Assembly: GCA_028023455.1 (NCBI GenBank)
Contig: JAQFVV010000002.1
Location: 30,814,001-30,878,000, forward strand
Direction: 5' to 3'
Source: Epiperipatus broadwayi
Lineage: Eukaryota > Animalia > Onychophora
DNA length: 64,000 nucleotides
The first letter of the stretch is position 1; every line of letters begins with the position of its first letter. This document shows, piece by piece, positions 12,977 through 25,649 of this stretch. Made by a program: the position numbers and the translations under genes. Below the pieces are notes generated by a model. The model worked only from the letters and a program-made list of their open reading frames with translations, ran no database searches and was not told where the DNA came from.

Positions 12977-15205
12977 AGTTGTAAATCCACAGATACTGAG
13001 AAAATTTAATGAACCATTTACCTAAAACATTCTAGATAAACTTTATATGGAAGAGATCCAAGAATTAGAAAATGCCATTATAAAGTTACTCACCTACTTG
13101 ATGAATAATAGGAAAGGGCTTTCATTTGATTAACGGATCAGTTTTAATCAATGACCCAATAAATATATTAAGACTGCTTTAACAATGCTTAATGGTAACC
13201 GATTCGCTTACTGTAAAGAATCTATGATATATTTCATGTAATTTTCAGTCTTACGTATTCTATGAAAACCTGCTTTTAAGAAATTTTATCAATGCAATCC
13301 CTATATTGGATTGGCTAACCTCATGATCTATAAGTAAAATGTATGGCTTTCATATATGATTCATAATGATTAATCTCTCGATATTTAAAATGTTAAATTA
13401 ATACACACAGAAACATTGGAAATGCTCTTCACTTGATAAGATAAAACTCTATAGACTAAATGGCCAAATATGGTTTTAATCATTGTCCACATGTTCATCA
13501 ATTAGACTTATATGTGTTTGAATTGACTAACACCATCATATATGTGATATACATGATCAGATTAATGTAAATGGGCCATTACTATGATTTCTGGAATGGG
13601 AAGTTATATGTTTTCAATTTCTGGTGATAACTAATGTCTTAATGTAATTGATATGAAATTAATTGTTTTTTGTTTATACATACAAGCATAACCTCTGATT
13701 TTGTTGACTGGTCTCCTTTGAGATTGATATGTAAATGTCCTTCTTTTTGTAAATGATTCTTATGGTTTGTGAATAAAATTTCCTTTTGAAAGATAAATTA
13801 AAAATTATGGAAATACAAAATAAAATCAAAGTTTAATCATTAAAATAAAATGTTGCAAACATAACACAAATGATAGTTAGGTGCTTTAAATTAAAAGTGC
13901 AATGCAAAATGATTAATTTAATTATAAATGATTTAAATAGTTTGACCAATCTTTTATGTTATTTTCCTTTCATTATTTACCTACATATATATTTAAAAAA
14001 AAAAAATTGATTATTTTTTCTTACAAAGCGCAAGCTTGTGGTTAAGACCTGTATAGGTCCCTACCATCGCATTTTCAAGCGCACATAGCTTGAAGTTTAT
14101 TGCCTTAGTAATTATTACTTACGTAATCAATGTGCATTAAATAAATTTATAATTAATAATATAATGATTTACAAAAGAGGAGAAAGTAGTTAATTATGAT
14201 ATGCACTCGTAAATCAAATAAAAAATTAATTATGATGTGTACTTTTGAATCTTGACGTAATATTTATGCCTTAACTGCCCTGCTCTTAATATTCCCCATT
14301 TAGTGTTATATCATAAACACATAATCACAGACATGTAATAAAATATTTTAAAATACATTTTAATTAATGATAATAAAAATATACAAATAAATTTTAAAAA
14401 ATTAATTGAAAGAGTGGAATTATTTTTATCTTCTTGTAAGTTCAAAAATAATCATAGTTTGTGATTATTTTCTTAGGTTGAATCCTGGTTATTCTAGATT
14501 TTGTACTTTTGTCATGTCATAGTATTTTATCATATTTCAGTATGAATGCCATATCAAAGTACCTTATGGTTTATTAATATTTTTATGATGGTCAAAAAAT
14601 ATATGACTGTAGTTTCCTTTTTCCATGGATGCTTAGGAGATGAGAATACATTAGAATTTTTTAGAGTAGGTTACAATCTTCAGGAAAAACTATTTATTTT
14701 CTTACTCTGACATTCTTTGCTTTATTTGCATAAACTTTGTTTTAGACATACTAATGCCGTTTCAATGCCATTTTTGGACACTGTAAGAGGTATTAATTCA
14801 GGAATATTTACTGAATCTAGGAACAATACAATCTCACTAGTGATTCGTTTTCTCTTTCACTTGCTCTGACATTTTGATATAAAACTTATGATTGAAGAAT
14901 CATCCACTCTAATAACAGTATTTTTGTCACATGGGAGTGATCGATCGATCTATCTATAGATCAAAGTTTAAACAAACAATTAAGACTTCTCTAGTATTTA
15001 AAAAATAATTACATTTGTATCAAAGAATTAAATTTTTGACTATTGTATTTATTTTTTTTAGAAAATATTTGTTATATTTTCTTTACTTGATTTTTAACTT
15101 TTTGTAATATTAAATTTCATTAAGTTTTTATGAACTGTTAAAGGCAATACTTTCTGTATTTTTAATATTGAAATGCAAACATTACGCTTAATCCAGATGT
15201 AATTA

Positions 15206-15660
15206 AAGGGGATTTGAACCCAAACTTTCAAGCTTCCTATAGTCATCCATTCTATCCAATATAAACAATATACATGACCACATACATATGAAAAAAATAA
15301 ATGATTTCCAATATACGTATTCTTGCTGAATCAGACTCATCAGTTGGTCCAGATCATATTCTCCCCCCCCCCCCATATATATATAACCAGTGCTCAGTTT
15401 ATATTAAGATAGCAAATCTACACACTTTAATGTGGACAGGGATGGAGAGGACTGAAGCCTGTCCATTAAAGTGTGTAGATTTGCTATCTTAATATAAACT
15501 GAGCATTGATTATATATATATGTGGGACATAGTCATAATCCAGACCTACTGATAAATGCTGATTCAGCATGAAATACGCATCACATGTATGTGGACATGG
15601 ATAGAGTGGATGGCTGTAGGGAACTTGAATATTTGGGTTCAAATTGCCTTTAATTTCAGT
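15206..15660. mobile_element. Hammerhead repeat: inverted pair of partial copies, both cores mutated
   Basis: Minus copy core at 15307-15350 has GAAA disrupted; plus copy core at 15549 reads ctgataa. Palindrome centre near 15435-15455. Confidence 0.8.
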
Positions 15661-16502
15661 ATTTTTGTAAATTATTTTTAGCTATGATGTAAGTAAGATT
15701 GCAGTCTGAAATTGCATCATCTAATAATTGTATTTTTATCCAAAAAAACTTTAAATGAAAATAAAATCCACTTTTAAGTGCTCAAGATTTTATAAGCTTC
15801 ATAAATCAGTCATTAATATTTATGTGGGGGGGGGTATAGTTTTTTAAATACATTGACTTTATATATAGACTTTTTTGTAAGCAGGTATAGGTTTGGGGAT
15901 TATAGTTTAAATTATTTGTAGATATATTTTAAAAAGTTGTTATACTTTCAATCTTCACATATGTAAATATTATTGTTTGATTTACAGTATTTGTAAAATT
16001 TTGGATAGTAGCCAAAAGTGGAGTTCAGACAAAGATACATTTACTAGAGGATGAAATTTCAGCTAGGGTTGTTTTTAATTGATTTTTTACTTCATTACAT
16101 CGTAACTGAAAAATTACAATAGTATATAGACTAGTTTAGTTAGATTTCAACAGTTAAATCTATAAACCCGTGAGAACTATATTATAGATTTTGATTCCAA
16201 ATGCTATTAGCATAGTTTTTGACACAGTGCTTACTTACTAGATTGTTGTCCCAATGCAAAATGACCCTTTATATTAGTTTGCGCAGGTGGCTGGCATTAA
16301 AAGAAATAAAAAACAAACTCTCACTTGAGGATTAGAATTAAGCTATATATAAATGAGACTGGGTTTACATCTAGGATGTAATGGATTTTACGTTTGTTAG
16401 AAACTTGCTAGAATTGCTATTCCTTACATACCTTTGAAGCAACTAATACAAAGGATCATTTTGCTTTGGCATAACAATATAGTAAGTATAGTAGCTCTAA
16501 GA

Positions 16503-19114
16503 CAGCAGTTCTCAACCTTGGGTCAAGACCCCTTTGAGGGTTGAACAACCCTTTCACAGGGGTCACCCACAATCAGATATGCCAACATATGAGTATCCGG
16601 TGTGATGTCATTATCATACCAACTACATTCCATACATTCCATACGATGTGATGAAGTTAACACCATAATGTACTTATGCAGACCAGTCACATATTTGTAG
16701 AGAGCAGCTACTCTGTTAAAAGCAGCTAATATGTTGAAGGCAGTAGTATTGGAAATAAAATGACAATTCATGAATTATAATTAGTGGCTAAATTTAAAAT
16801 CATCAACTACTGCAAAAAAATATCTGTAACATGGAAACTTAATCTGAATGCTGATCAATTTTTTAATATTCAGTTGTGGTTGATGCGAATACTGCCTCCT
16901 TATGATAGTAGCAGGTATATAAAAAAATACAGCACCAAGATGGTAAATCATAGGAAACTTTAATGAACTGTATTGACTGAATTATGCCATGTATCATCTT
17001 TTGTATTATTAAAGTTATTATTATATACTATTTTCATTAGCAAACCACCCCATGACAATGGATTGTGTAGAGAAGAATGTTAAGAAAAGAAAATATAGTG
17101 AGGATTTTTTTCAGTATGGTTTTACCTCAATAATTACAGCAGGAATTGAGAAACTGCAATGTGTTATTTGTTGTGAAGTTCTATCAGGCGAATCTATTAA
17201 GCCGAACAAACTAAAATGCCATTTTGATAGCAAACATCTGAGCTTTTCTGGCAAGGATCCCCAACTATTTTAGAAGCAATGCTGATGGATTCAAGAAAGT
17301 CAGATTTGATACTGGTTGCAAATACTACAAACAAAACATAGCAGCCATTGAAACTTTATATTTGGTGGCACTTAGAATCACCAGAGCTATGACACCTCAC
17401 ACCAATGCTGAGGATTTACTATTGCCAGCGGCTAAAGACATTGTTCAAATTATGATTGGAGATGAATTTGTTATGAAATTGAGTGCAATTTCTTTCATCT
17501 AATGACAATGTGCACAGAAGAATAGATGATATGTCTGCTGATATTCTTGATTAGGTATTCCAGGAAATTAAATCTGTACTGCTTTGCTTACACTTACTGG
17601 TTTATATGAGGTATATTAATGATGGTGACTTTAAAGATGAGTTTCTTTTTTGCAAACCTCTTGAAATAAAAACTACAGCATGTGATGTATTTAACACAGT
17701 TGGATCATTTCTGAAAGAACATAAGATCTCATGGAAAAAAGTTTGTGGAGTTTGCACAGATGATGCTCCAGGAATGCTAGAATGTTGATCTGGATTTCAA
17801 CATTTGGTACTGAATGAGCCACCAAAAGTCATTGGAACTCACTGTATGATTCATTGGAAAATATTAGCAACAAAGATTCTACCACAAGAGTTACAAGAAG
17901 TTGTGAAAAGAATCATAAGTTGTGTTAATTTTATAAAAGCGAGCCCTTTGACTATTTTTGAAACCATGCAACGAGTTGGATGCTCCGAACAATGCTCTGC
18001 TATTTCACACTGAAGTAAGATGATTGTTGAGAGGAAAGATTTTGAAATGTGTTTCTGAACTTTGTGATGAATTCAAAACATTTTTAAATCAAAAGGCAAG
18101 ACTGCGGTTTGAAGCACTTTTTGGTGGCAAAAAGGAACTGGAGAAAATAGCTTACTTGGTTGCCATCTTTGCCATCTTGAATGAGTTAAATTTATCACTG
18201 CAAAGACCAAATGCAACATGTCTCAATTTATCTGAAAAGATTAGATCATTCCAGGGATGAAAATAAAATTTACATGTTGCCTACTTTATCTGCATTCTTT
18301 GAGGAACATGTCATTGAACCAGACAAAAGGATTACAATGACAATTTCTGTGAAAAAAATACTTGCATATGCTTGCAGATGAAATTTCATCATATTTTCCA
18401 AATCTACCTGACAACCCATTTGCACTTGCCAGAAGACCATTCACAGACAAAGTTGAAGATGTTCCTGAGACAGCACAAGAGGAGTTTATTAAACTTATTA
18501 ATAATGATGTGGCAAGAACTGATTTTTTTACAATGCCAGTTACAAAATTCTGAATCAGGTATTTGCAGTTATATCCTGCTCTGTCTGAAGCAGTGTTGCA
18601 CCTTTTTCTTTCATTTATCTTCGTGAAACAGGTTTTCCAGCTTGTTGGTTATAAAGTCTAAATACAGAAAAAGACTTGTGGAAGATGATCTGTGTTGTGC
18701 TCTTGCAAAGATTGCCCCAAGAATTTCTGATCTGGTGAGAAAGAAGCAATCTCAACCTTCACACTGATCTTGGATTTTTATGCATACTGTCACAAAATGT
18801 AGCAATATAGTTGCTGTTGTTATATTAAGACTATTGTTATGCTTCAAAAAAATTTTCATTTATTTATAATTAGAAATAAATATTTTACAATATATAATTA
18901 CATATTATTTTTGTGACTAATAATTATGCTTTAATTATGTTCAATTTGTTATAATGAAAATACATTCTACATATCAGATATTTGCATTATAATTCGTAAC
19001 AGTAGCAAAATTACAGTTATGAAGTAGCAACAAAAATAATTTTAGGGTTGCGGATCACCACAACATAAGGAACTGTATTAAAGGGTTATGGCATTAGAAG
19101 GTTGAGAACTTCTG
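16503..19114 (+). mobile_element. SPIN-like hAT (Buster subfamily) DNA transposon, near full length
   Basis: TIRs cagcagttctcaacctt (16503) and aaggttgagaacttctg (to 19114); 8-bp TSD ctctaaga/ctgtaaga with central TA. Subterminal sequences and transposase match SPIN/URR1 as recalled. Confidence 0.9.
17052..18767 (+). pseudogene. SPIN-type hAT transposase pseudogene
   Basis: MTMDCVEKNVKKRKYSEDFFQYGFTS...CVICCEVLS (BED finger), VCGVCTD, HCMIH, RISDLVRKKQSQPSH*. Multiple stops, frameshifts and deletions, apparently including the first catalytic LDES motif near 17580. Confidence 0.9.
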
Positions 19115-19411
19115 CTGTAAGAAGTATATCAACAATATCTGGTTAATTAAAAAGTAGAAATTATTTATAAAGTTGGAAAAATGCTACAATATTAAATTAG
19201 ATTTTAAATATTGAGAATTATCTTTTAAGTAATTTGTAAATAACTGGTAAGAAAATGTAAATTAAAAAATGTGTTACACTTAAAGTTAAAAATTGAACTT
19301 ATTAATTAAATTATTTAAAAAAGAGTATAATGTTGATTTTCAATTACATTTAAATATTTTCCGTATTTTACATTTCAAATTTTCTCTCTTTTATTCTATG
19401 TTCTTTTTCAG

Positions 19412-19591
19412 ATATTAAGTCAGTATGGTCCCGATTGTAAGATTGATTCAAAATGGCATCTTATTGGCCAATTTTCAAGTATTGGCTCTTTGGGGGCTAC
19501 CAAAAATCATTGGCTTTGTGACGAACTTCTAACATCTTTAAATGCTATAAAAGGGCTCGAAAAATCATTTCAAAAATCTCAATTCCATTTG
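19412..19591 (+). CDS. TDP1: TDP1 internal coding exon (180 nt, phase 0-0)
   Basis: Acceptor ttctttttcag|, donor |gtaagt. Open frame ILSQYGPDCKIDSKWHLIGQFSSIGSLGATKNHWLCDELLTSLNAIKGLEKSFQKSQFHL; GQFSSIGSLG..WLC.E matches TDP1 (human, from memory: [22 protein letters not shown]). Confidence 0.93.
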
Positions 19592-19611
19592 GTAAGTTTA
19601 AACTTCTCACG

Positions 19612-20730
19612 ATGGCAAATGTTCAAACTTTAATGGACAGGCTTCAATCTACTCCACCATCCAACTCATCAGCCTTCCAAAGTATTGAAAATCTGATGAT
19701 GAAATGCCCAAATCCCTTCATGATGCCAATATTATTGTCATGCCCATTAAGTCATTCTGACCCATTGGGTATAGGACCTGGTCCATTTAAATACACAGAA
19801 GAGGGGTGAGTGTATCCTGCCCATCCCTCTTTTGTATATTTAAATGAATAAGGTTCTGTAGATGATGAGTGAGAAATGACCTAAGGTCAACATGGGCATG
19901 ATCATAATAATGCCATCATCGAAGGATTTGGGCTTTCCATCATCAGATTTTCTAAGGTATAAAAGATGAGTTGGATGGTGGAATAAATTGAAGCCTATCC
20001 ATTAAAATTTGAGGATTTGCTATCTTAATATAAATTGAGCACTGATTATGTATATATGTGGGAGGTGATGATCTGGACTAACTGATAAGTGTTGCTTCAA
20101 CATGAAATACATTTATTGGAGATACTTTATTCTCATGTATGTGATCATGTGTATTGGTTGTATGAGATAGATGGATAGCTGAACTGAGCTTGAAATTCTG
20201 GGTTCAAATCCTCTATAATTTCATCTAAACTCCAGGAATATAAAAATATATCTGTATTTAAATATTACAGATTTAACCTGTATCCTGCCCATCCCTCTTC
20301 TGTATATTTAAATGGACCTGGTCTGAAATATGATAAGTCAGAATGATCTAAGGTCAACATGGGCATGACAATAATATTAGCATCATCAAGGGATTCGGGT
20401 ATTCCATTATCAGATTTTCAATAGTATGGAAGGCTGAAGAGTTGGATGATGGAGTAGATTAAAGCCTGTCCACTAAAATTTGAAGATTTGCTATCTTAAT
20501 ATAAACCGAGCACTGATTATATGCATGGGTGGGAAATGATGCTCTGGACCAACTGATGAGTGCTGGTTCAGCATGAAATACATATATTGGAGATCATTTA
20601 TCTTTTTCACATGTGTGTGGTCATGGGCATCAGTTGTATGAGATAGATTGGATAGCTGAGTAGAGGTTGAAAGTCTGGGTTCAAATCCCCTATAGTTGCA
20701 TTTAAACTCTAGGGATATAAAGTATACCTA
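19612..20730 (+). mobile_element. Hammerhead repeat: inverted partial copy plus two tandem monomers (471-nt period)
   Basis: 19612-19808 is inverted; cores at 20082 (ctgataa, mutated) and 20553 (intact ctgatga gtgctggttcagcat gaaa tacatat a ttgga); monomer start gtatcctgcccatccctctt at ~19812 and ~20280. Confidence 0.88.
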
Positions 20731-21799
20731 TATATATATATTAAGTGACTGAATTCCAAAGAAGAGGTCTGGAAGTAACACCCATATATTTTTCTTGAAC
20801 CCAGATTATTACACCAAGGAAAATAATTATGGTATTTTTATCATATCAGCAAATAGTTTTGGAGACCATGCAACAATGCTGTAGGCCATTCATCTACTGG
20901 GCATTCAATACATTTTTTCACTTGTTTTTATATACAAAAAAAATCATGAGTGAAAAAACTAAGGCATCAGCCATTATACTATAAAGTCCCTTCAATTTAC
21001 GTAATTCTGGATATGGAAATAAAGATAATACTTTCCTGAAAAGTAAAAATATGGATTTTACTATTTTTTAAAAAGGTTACTCTATGATTTATCTGAATGT
21101 TATATCAGTATTACTCATGAATTTAGGATGGAGGGATTTTTTTTAAAAACTTATTGTATTTTTTCTGAGTGTTGGCCATGATTTTGTTTTGAACCACCAA
21201 ATAGAAATGACTATTAGGATATCAGGATAGAACTAAACTTATAACATTAATAAAATTTTGGGACTCTTATATTTAAAGTATTGATTATTCATGATTACTA
21301 TACATGAGATTGTATGATAAAGCACAGTGCTAATTTTAATGCTTATATTTTTTTATATTCTTTGTTTTTCTGTGTTTATGGCATTAGTAGAAAAGCGAGA
21401 GAGGGAAGGGAAAAAAGTTGAAATAATCCTTATTTGTATTATGTTACTAAAGATGCCAATGTTTTTTTTTTTTACTGAATTTTCTATTTAAACATCACAG
21501 TTTAAAGACAAATTGAAAGATGGAGTTTCATTACTCATAATTCAAAATAATTTTTTTGCGAAGCTTCAACTGTAATATATGTATATATAATTATTTAATA
21601 AGTAGTTTGACCTATACTAATCAGTACTGTTTTCATACCAATTGAGTAGAGCATAGGAGAAGTGAGAGCTTGCTTAGCTATTTTGAAGTTATGTGCTTAT
21701 TGAAGGATTATTGAGACATGAAGTATTGAAGAGACCTCTGCTCAACAATGACTATTTAAAGTCTTTTTATTATTTATCTGAAGATAGTAGTCTCAATTA

Positions 21800-22330
21800 T
21801 TTTACATTTGTGCTTTATGCTTTTATTGCAAACAAGTTAGATATTTAGTTATTCATCTGGATGGTATCCTGAAGTTAAGCAATTATTTATGTATGATAAC
21901 TATTTTAAATCATGGAGCTTGGTAGTAAGAAAAAAATCACACTAGATTCTCTTCAGGTTGTGATTTTTTAGAAGTAAACCATTTAAACAATACCTCTACA
22001 GAATTTTGTGTCACCAATTGTTCTATATCCTCAATGACATTCTGAAAATGGTACAATCCCAGAAAGCCCTGTAGCTTCAAAATCATTTCTCCAAAAACTA
22101 AAAGCTATGTTGGCAAGAACTATAGTGATTTTTTTAAACCCCAGCTACAGATAATCATTGTGGAACTCATTAGTTGCTTGACAGATTTTGTGTCATTTGA
22201 ATACAATTAATCAAAATAAGATTTTTTCTTTCACTTAATCAGCTGAGAATTAACTGGAGAACTTTAGTTTTTGAATCTGTTAATCTAATGACTGCAGGCA
22301 TCCATAAGGATAAACATTAGATACTAAAGA
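21800..22330 (-). mobile_element. Possible degenerate LINE RT-region remnant
   Basis: Minus-strand INNCLTSGYHPDE resembles the LFNxCLxxGYFPxxW region of Jockey/I-like elements; heavily disrupted. Confidence 0.35.
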
Positions 22331-22672
22331 GAAGTAGAAACTAAGAATAAAGGAAATTGTTGCTTGTTAGCTCTTTTTCTAAGTGGATGACAAAAAATAA
22401 ATTATTTAAAATGAAGTTTAATAATTTATTCTACCTGGAAAAGATTATACAATTTTCACAAATGATTCCTAAGTTCAGATAGAAGCAGTATTTTAAAAGT
22501 CTATGAGTAGCCTCCAATTTTCACCATATAAAATTTGGTAGTTGTGGCTTCTATATTATTCAACCTTTAAATTATACACTATCTATCTCTTAAGTAATAT
22601 GTGTATAGACGTTAACCGTGCAATAATATTGCAGTTAGAGTGCGCAGTTTTACTGTACATAGCATGGAGAAA

Positions 22673-22915
22673 CAGCACCACATAGTGGGATAGAATCTTG
22701 GTAGTTGCTGGTAGCAGACAACGTAAGCTAAATGGGCTTACACATGGCAACCAGCGCCACCAAGTGAGCAGCTTGGGTGCCAGCTAGCTGGTGGAATGTT
22801 CCTGTGCTTACACGTGGTAAACAGCGCCACCTAGCAGCTGTTACAAATATTGCTGCTTTGTGCCCCTACTGTGGACACTTCTGCGTGTTTATGCAGAAAC
22901 AGCACCTCTAGCAGT
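22673..22915 (+). promoter_or_regulatory. Cluster of CTCF-like motifs
   Basis: cagcaccacatagtgg (22673), cagcgccaccaagtga (22752), cagcgccacctagcag (22822), gtgcccctactgtgg (22860) and cagcacctctagcagt (22900), compared with the reverse CTCF consensus (C/T)AGCGCCCCCTAGTGG. Confidence 0.45.
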
Positions 22916-24414
22916 GGGAGTACACTATCTCCACAACTACCGAAAATTTTTCACAAGGCATCTTGATTAACTGTAGCAACTCTCTTCAAACAGTAGTTTT
23001 TAAAGGCATCTCGATTACTACTGGTCATAATAACAGTTATGTTTTTCGATGCTTTGATGGGTCTATATATTTCATATCGTTTGCAACATTAGTATTACTT
23101 ATATAAAGTCAAAAGAATACATGCTAATATAATTTTTCTGTAATAATATTTCATGACTGTATTCATTATTATACTTAATGTCTCCAACTTTATTGACTTT
23201 CTAAATCGTGGCCTCTACTGAAATAAATGTCCAAACATCATTTAAGTGACCAAAGTGAGATTAAAAAAAAAAAATCTCAATTAGGATTTAAACCATTTTT
23301 ACCAGGGCAAAATCAATTATTTTATATGTATTCTTATATTTTATACCAGAAGGCCATTGTTTTTTTTTTAATTGGTTGCTTTAATAATTTTTTTTAAAGA
23401 TTTAATATAGATTAAGCAAAAGATTTTAATATAATATAAATAAATGTGAGAAATTTTTTTAAAACAATATACTGGCAACTTGAGTATTCTGAAGTAATTA
23501 TAATTTCAATTAGTAATGCATACTTTTTCAATTTCCATTTCTTGGTAAAAATAATTAGAAACTGGATTTCTCTATCTGCTTTATTTTAATTCCATCTTAA
23601 AAACACTATATACATAAACATCGTATTTCTTTATTTTTGATACCGGAACAATCTTTGGATTATTTTAAATTCTAATCATTTAATATTAAATAAAATTATT
23701 ATCCATTTATTCTATTATGTAATAGGTGAAACATTATTTACGAGTCTTCTAGTTTCTGTTTTGTCTATTATTTCCCTCATTTTCTGTTCGATAACTTTCT
23801 AAACCTAAATAGTAATGGAATTTGATAGCCTTAAGCCTTCTTATGCTTTTTTTTCCTTTTTTTTTTCAAAAAAATTATTTTTCTAAAGAAAAAAAATTAG
23901 AATATTTAATCTGCTAACAATTATTCTTTATTATTTTCAATTTCAGTTTTGGGGAAAAGATTTTTTTTTAAAATTTGCTTTTATAATTTAAAAGAAAATA
24001 ATATATGTAATATATAAATTGTTAGTGAATAGCCTGAGGAATTCTGGGTAAAGAAGAATTTTAGTTGACAAGATTTTCACACTTTCATTAGAAGCAATTG
24101 TGTTAAATTTATTATTCTGCTCTCTCCCCCCCCCCTCCAATTTATATTTTAATAAGATTATTTAATTGTGCAGTAATCTATATTTAAAAAATATTAATTT
24201 ACAATTATTGCCAGATGGTAAGTTTTAAAATAAAAGAAAACAATAGACAGACCTGAGTCAGGTGGAGAAATTTCTAAAATACTGGATTTAATTTTAAAAC
24301 ATTCCTCCACAAATCTTTACATTTAATCCTTCTTCGGTATTCGTCACTGCTAAAAGTGTAACAATCAAAAATCTAGCATATTTTTCTTTTCCATATCTTT
24401 CTAATTTATAAGGG

Positions 24415-24690
24415 ACTTGAAGTCGAACTTTTTATCTCCCTACATCTATCCAATGTATCTTATACAATCGATACACATGACCACATACTTGTAAAAAAAA
24501 AAAAGATCTCCAGTATACGTATTTCTGATTATATATATGTGTGGGAGATGGTGATCTGGACAACTGATGCACGACATACGCATATTGGAGATCATTTATC
24601 TTTTTCATATGTATGGGATCATGTGATTGGATAGATGTACAATGCTTGAAAGTTCGAATTCAAGTCCCTTATAATTACATTAAGTATGGA
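24415..24690. mobile_element. Hammerhead repeat: inverted fragment plus forward fragment with stem II deleted
   Basis: Forward gggagatggtgatctggacaactgatgcacgacatacgcatattggagatc, preceded by the reverse complement of the downstream half. Confidence 0.7.
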
Positions 24691-25649
24691 CAATATACAT
24701 ATATTTAAATATATCTCTGTCTGTAACAACTGCCCTGCTATGGTATGGTGCATTGGTATAACGGCAGACTAGAGATTTAAAGTCCATACATTATGCCCTA
24801 GTGATGTCACATCCGATGCTCGGATTTTTGTGAACTTACAAGCAATGAAACCATTGAATTTTTTTTATCTATAGCATCTGCCTTTGGCAGACTATTCCTT
24901 CCCATACGATTCATAAACATTCCCCCCCCCCCATCATTTTCATGGTCTTTCTTTTCTTCATCTCTGCTTTCCAATCAATCATCATTCCTTGTATTTTGTT
25001 CTCATTCGTTTTTCTAACATGGCTCCATCCACTTAACTTATTCAAAAAAATAATCATTTAGAATGCTCGACAATTATGTAGCCTTTTAACACTCAAGTAA
25101 CACACTGACCACAATAGTTTTAATTTAATTGACCAAGCTCAGACTTATTTATTTTTGTAACTTTACATAGTTGTCAATTAATTCAGGCATTTTTAGCTCT
25201 TGTTTCCGCTATTCAACCACTACGGATGAAACATATTGGAAACTTACTGGACATTCTAATAATTGTATTGACACTTTCCATAGCTTCTTATTGATAACGG
25301 TAGCAAATATTAATAATAATAAAAATAATAATAAGCATCCACTCGTATATTTCAACTCCAAAAGTAAAAAAGAGTAAAAAGTATTCAAGAAATGTGTTTT
25401 GCCATGATTATACAAACCAATCAGTAAACCACCAACACATCCACATATACTACGAACACACACGTCCATTTTTCTGTTTACTTGATATTTATGATGCTGT
25501 CATTTAATTCCATCATCAAATATGTGTTGTATCTTGATCCTTGATTGATTAAGCAGCCTATTAACAATTCAAAAGTTCATTGTTATAAAAATTGAAAACA
25601 GTACTGGAGACAGGATTTTATTTAATACTATTTTTATTTTAAATGTCCA

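Noticed and set aside
14480-14960. Possible minus-strand LINE remnants (similar hints at 28.8-31.1, 54.0-54.5 and 59.0-59.4 kb)
   Set aside because: No diagnostic motif could be read with confidence.
19612-19809. Recurring small ORFs such as ...IANLHTLMDRLQSTP... (also 48864-49091, 15301-15492, 7513-7761, 3404-3634)
   Set aside because: These are the antisense frame of the hammerhead repeat. They recur because the repeat recurs, and starts, stops and frames differ between copies. A faint resemblance to a PLE endonuclease C-terminus could not be supported.
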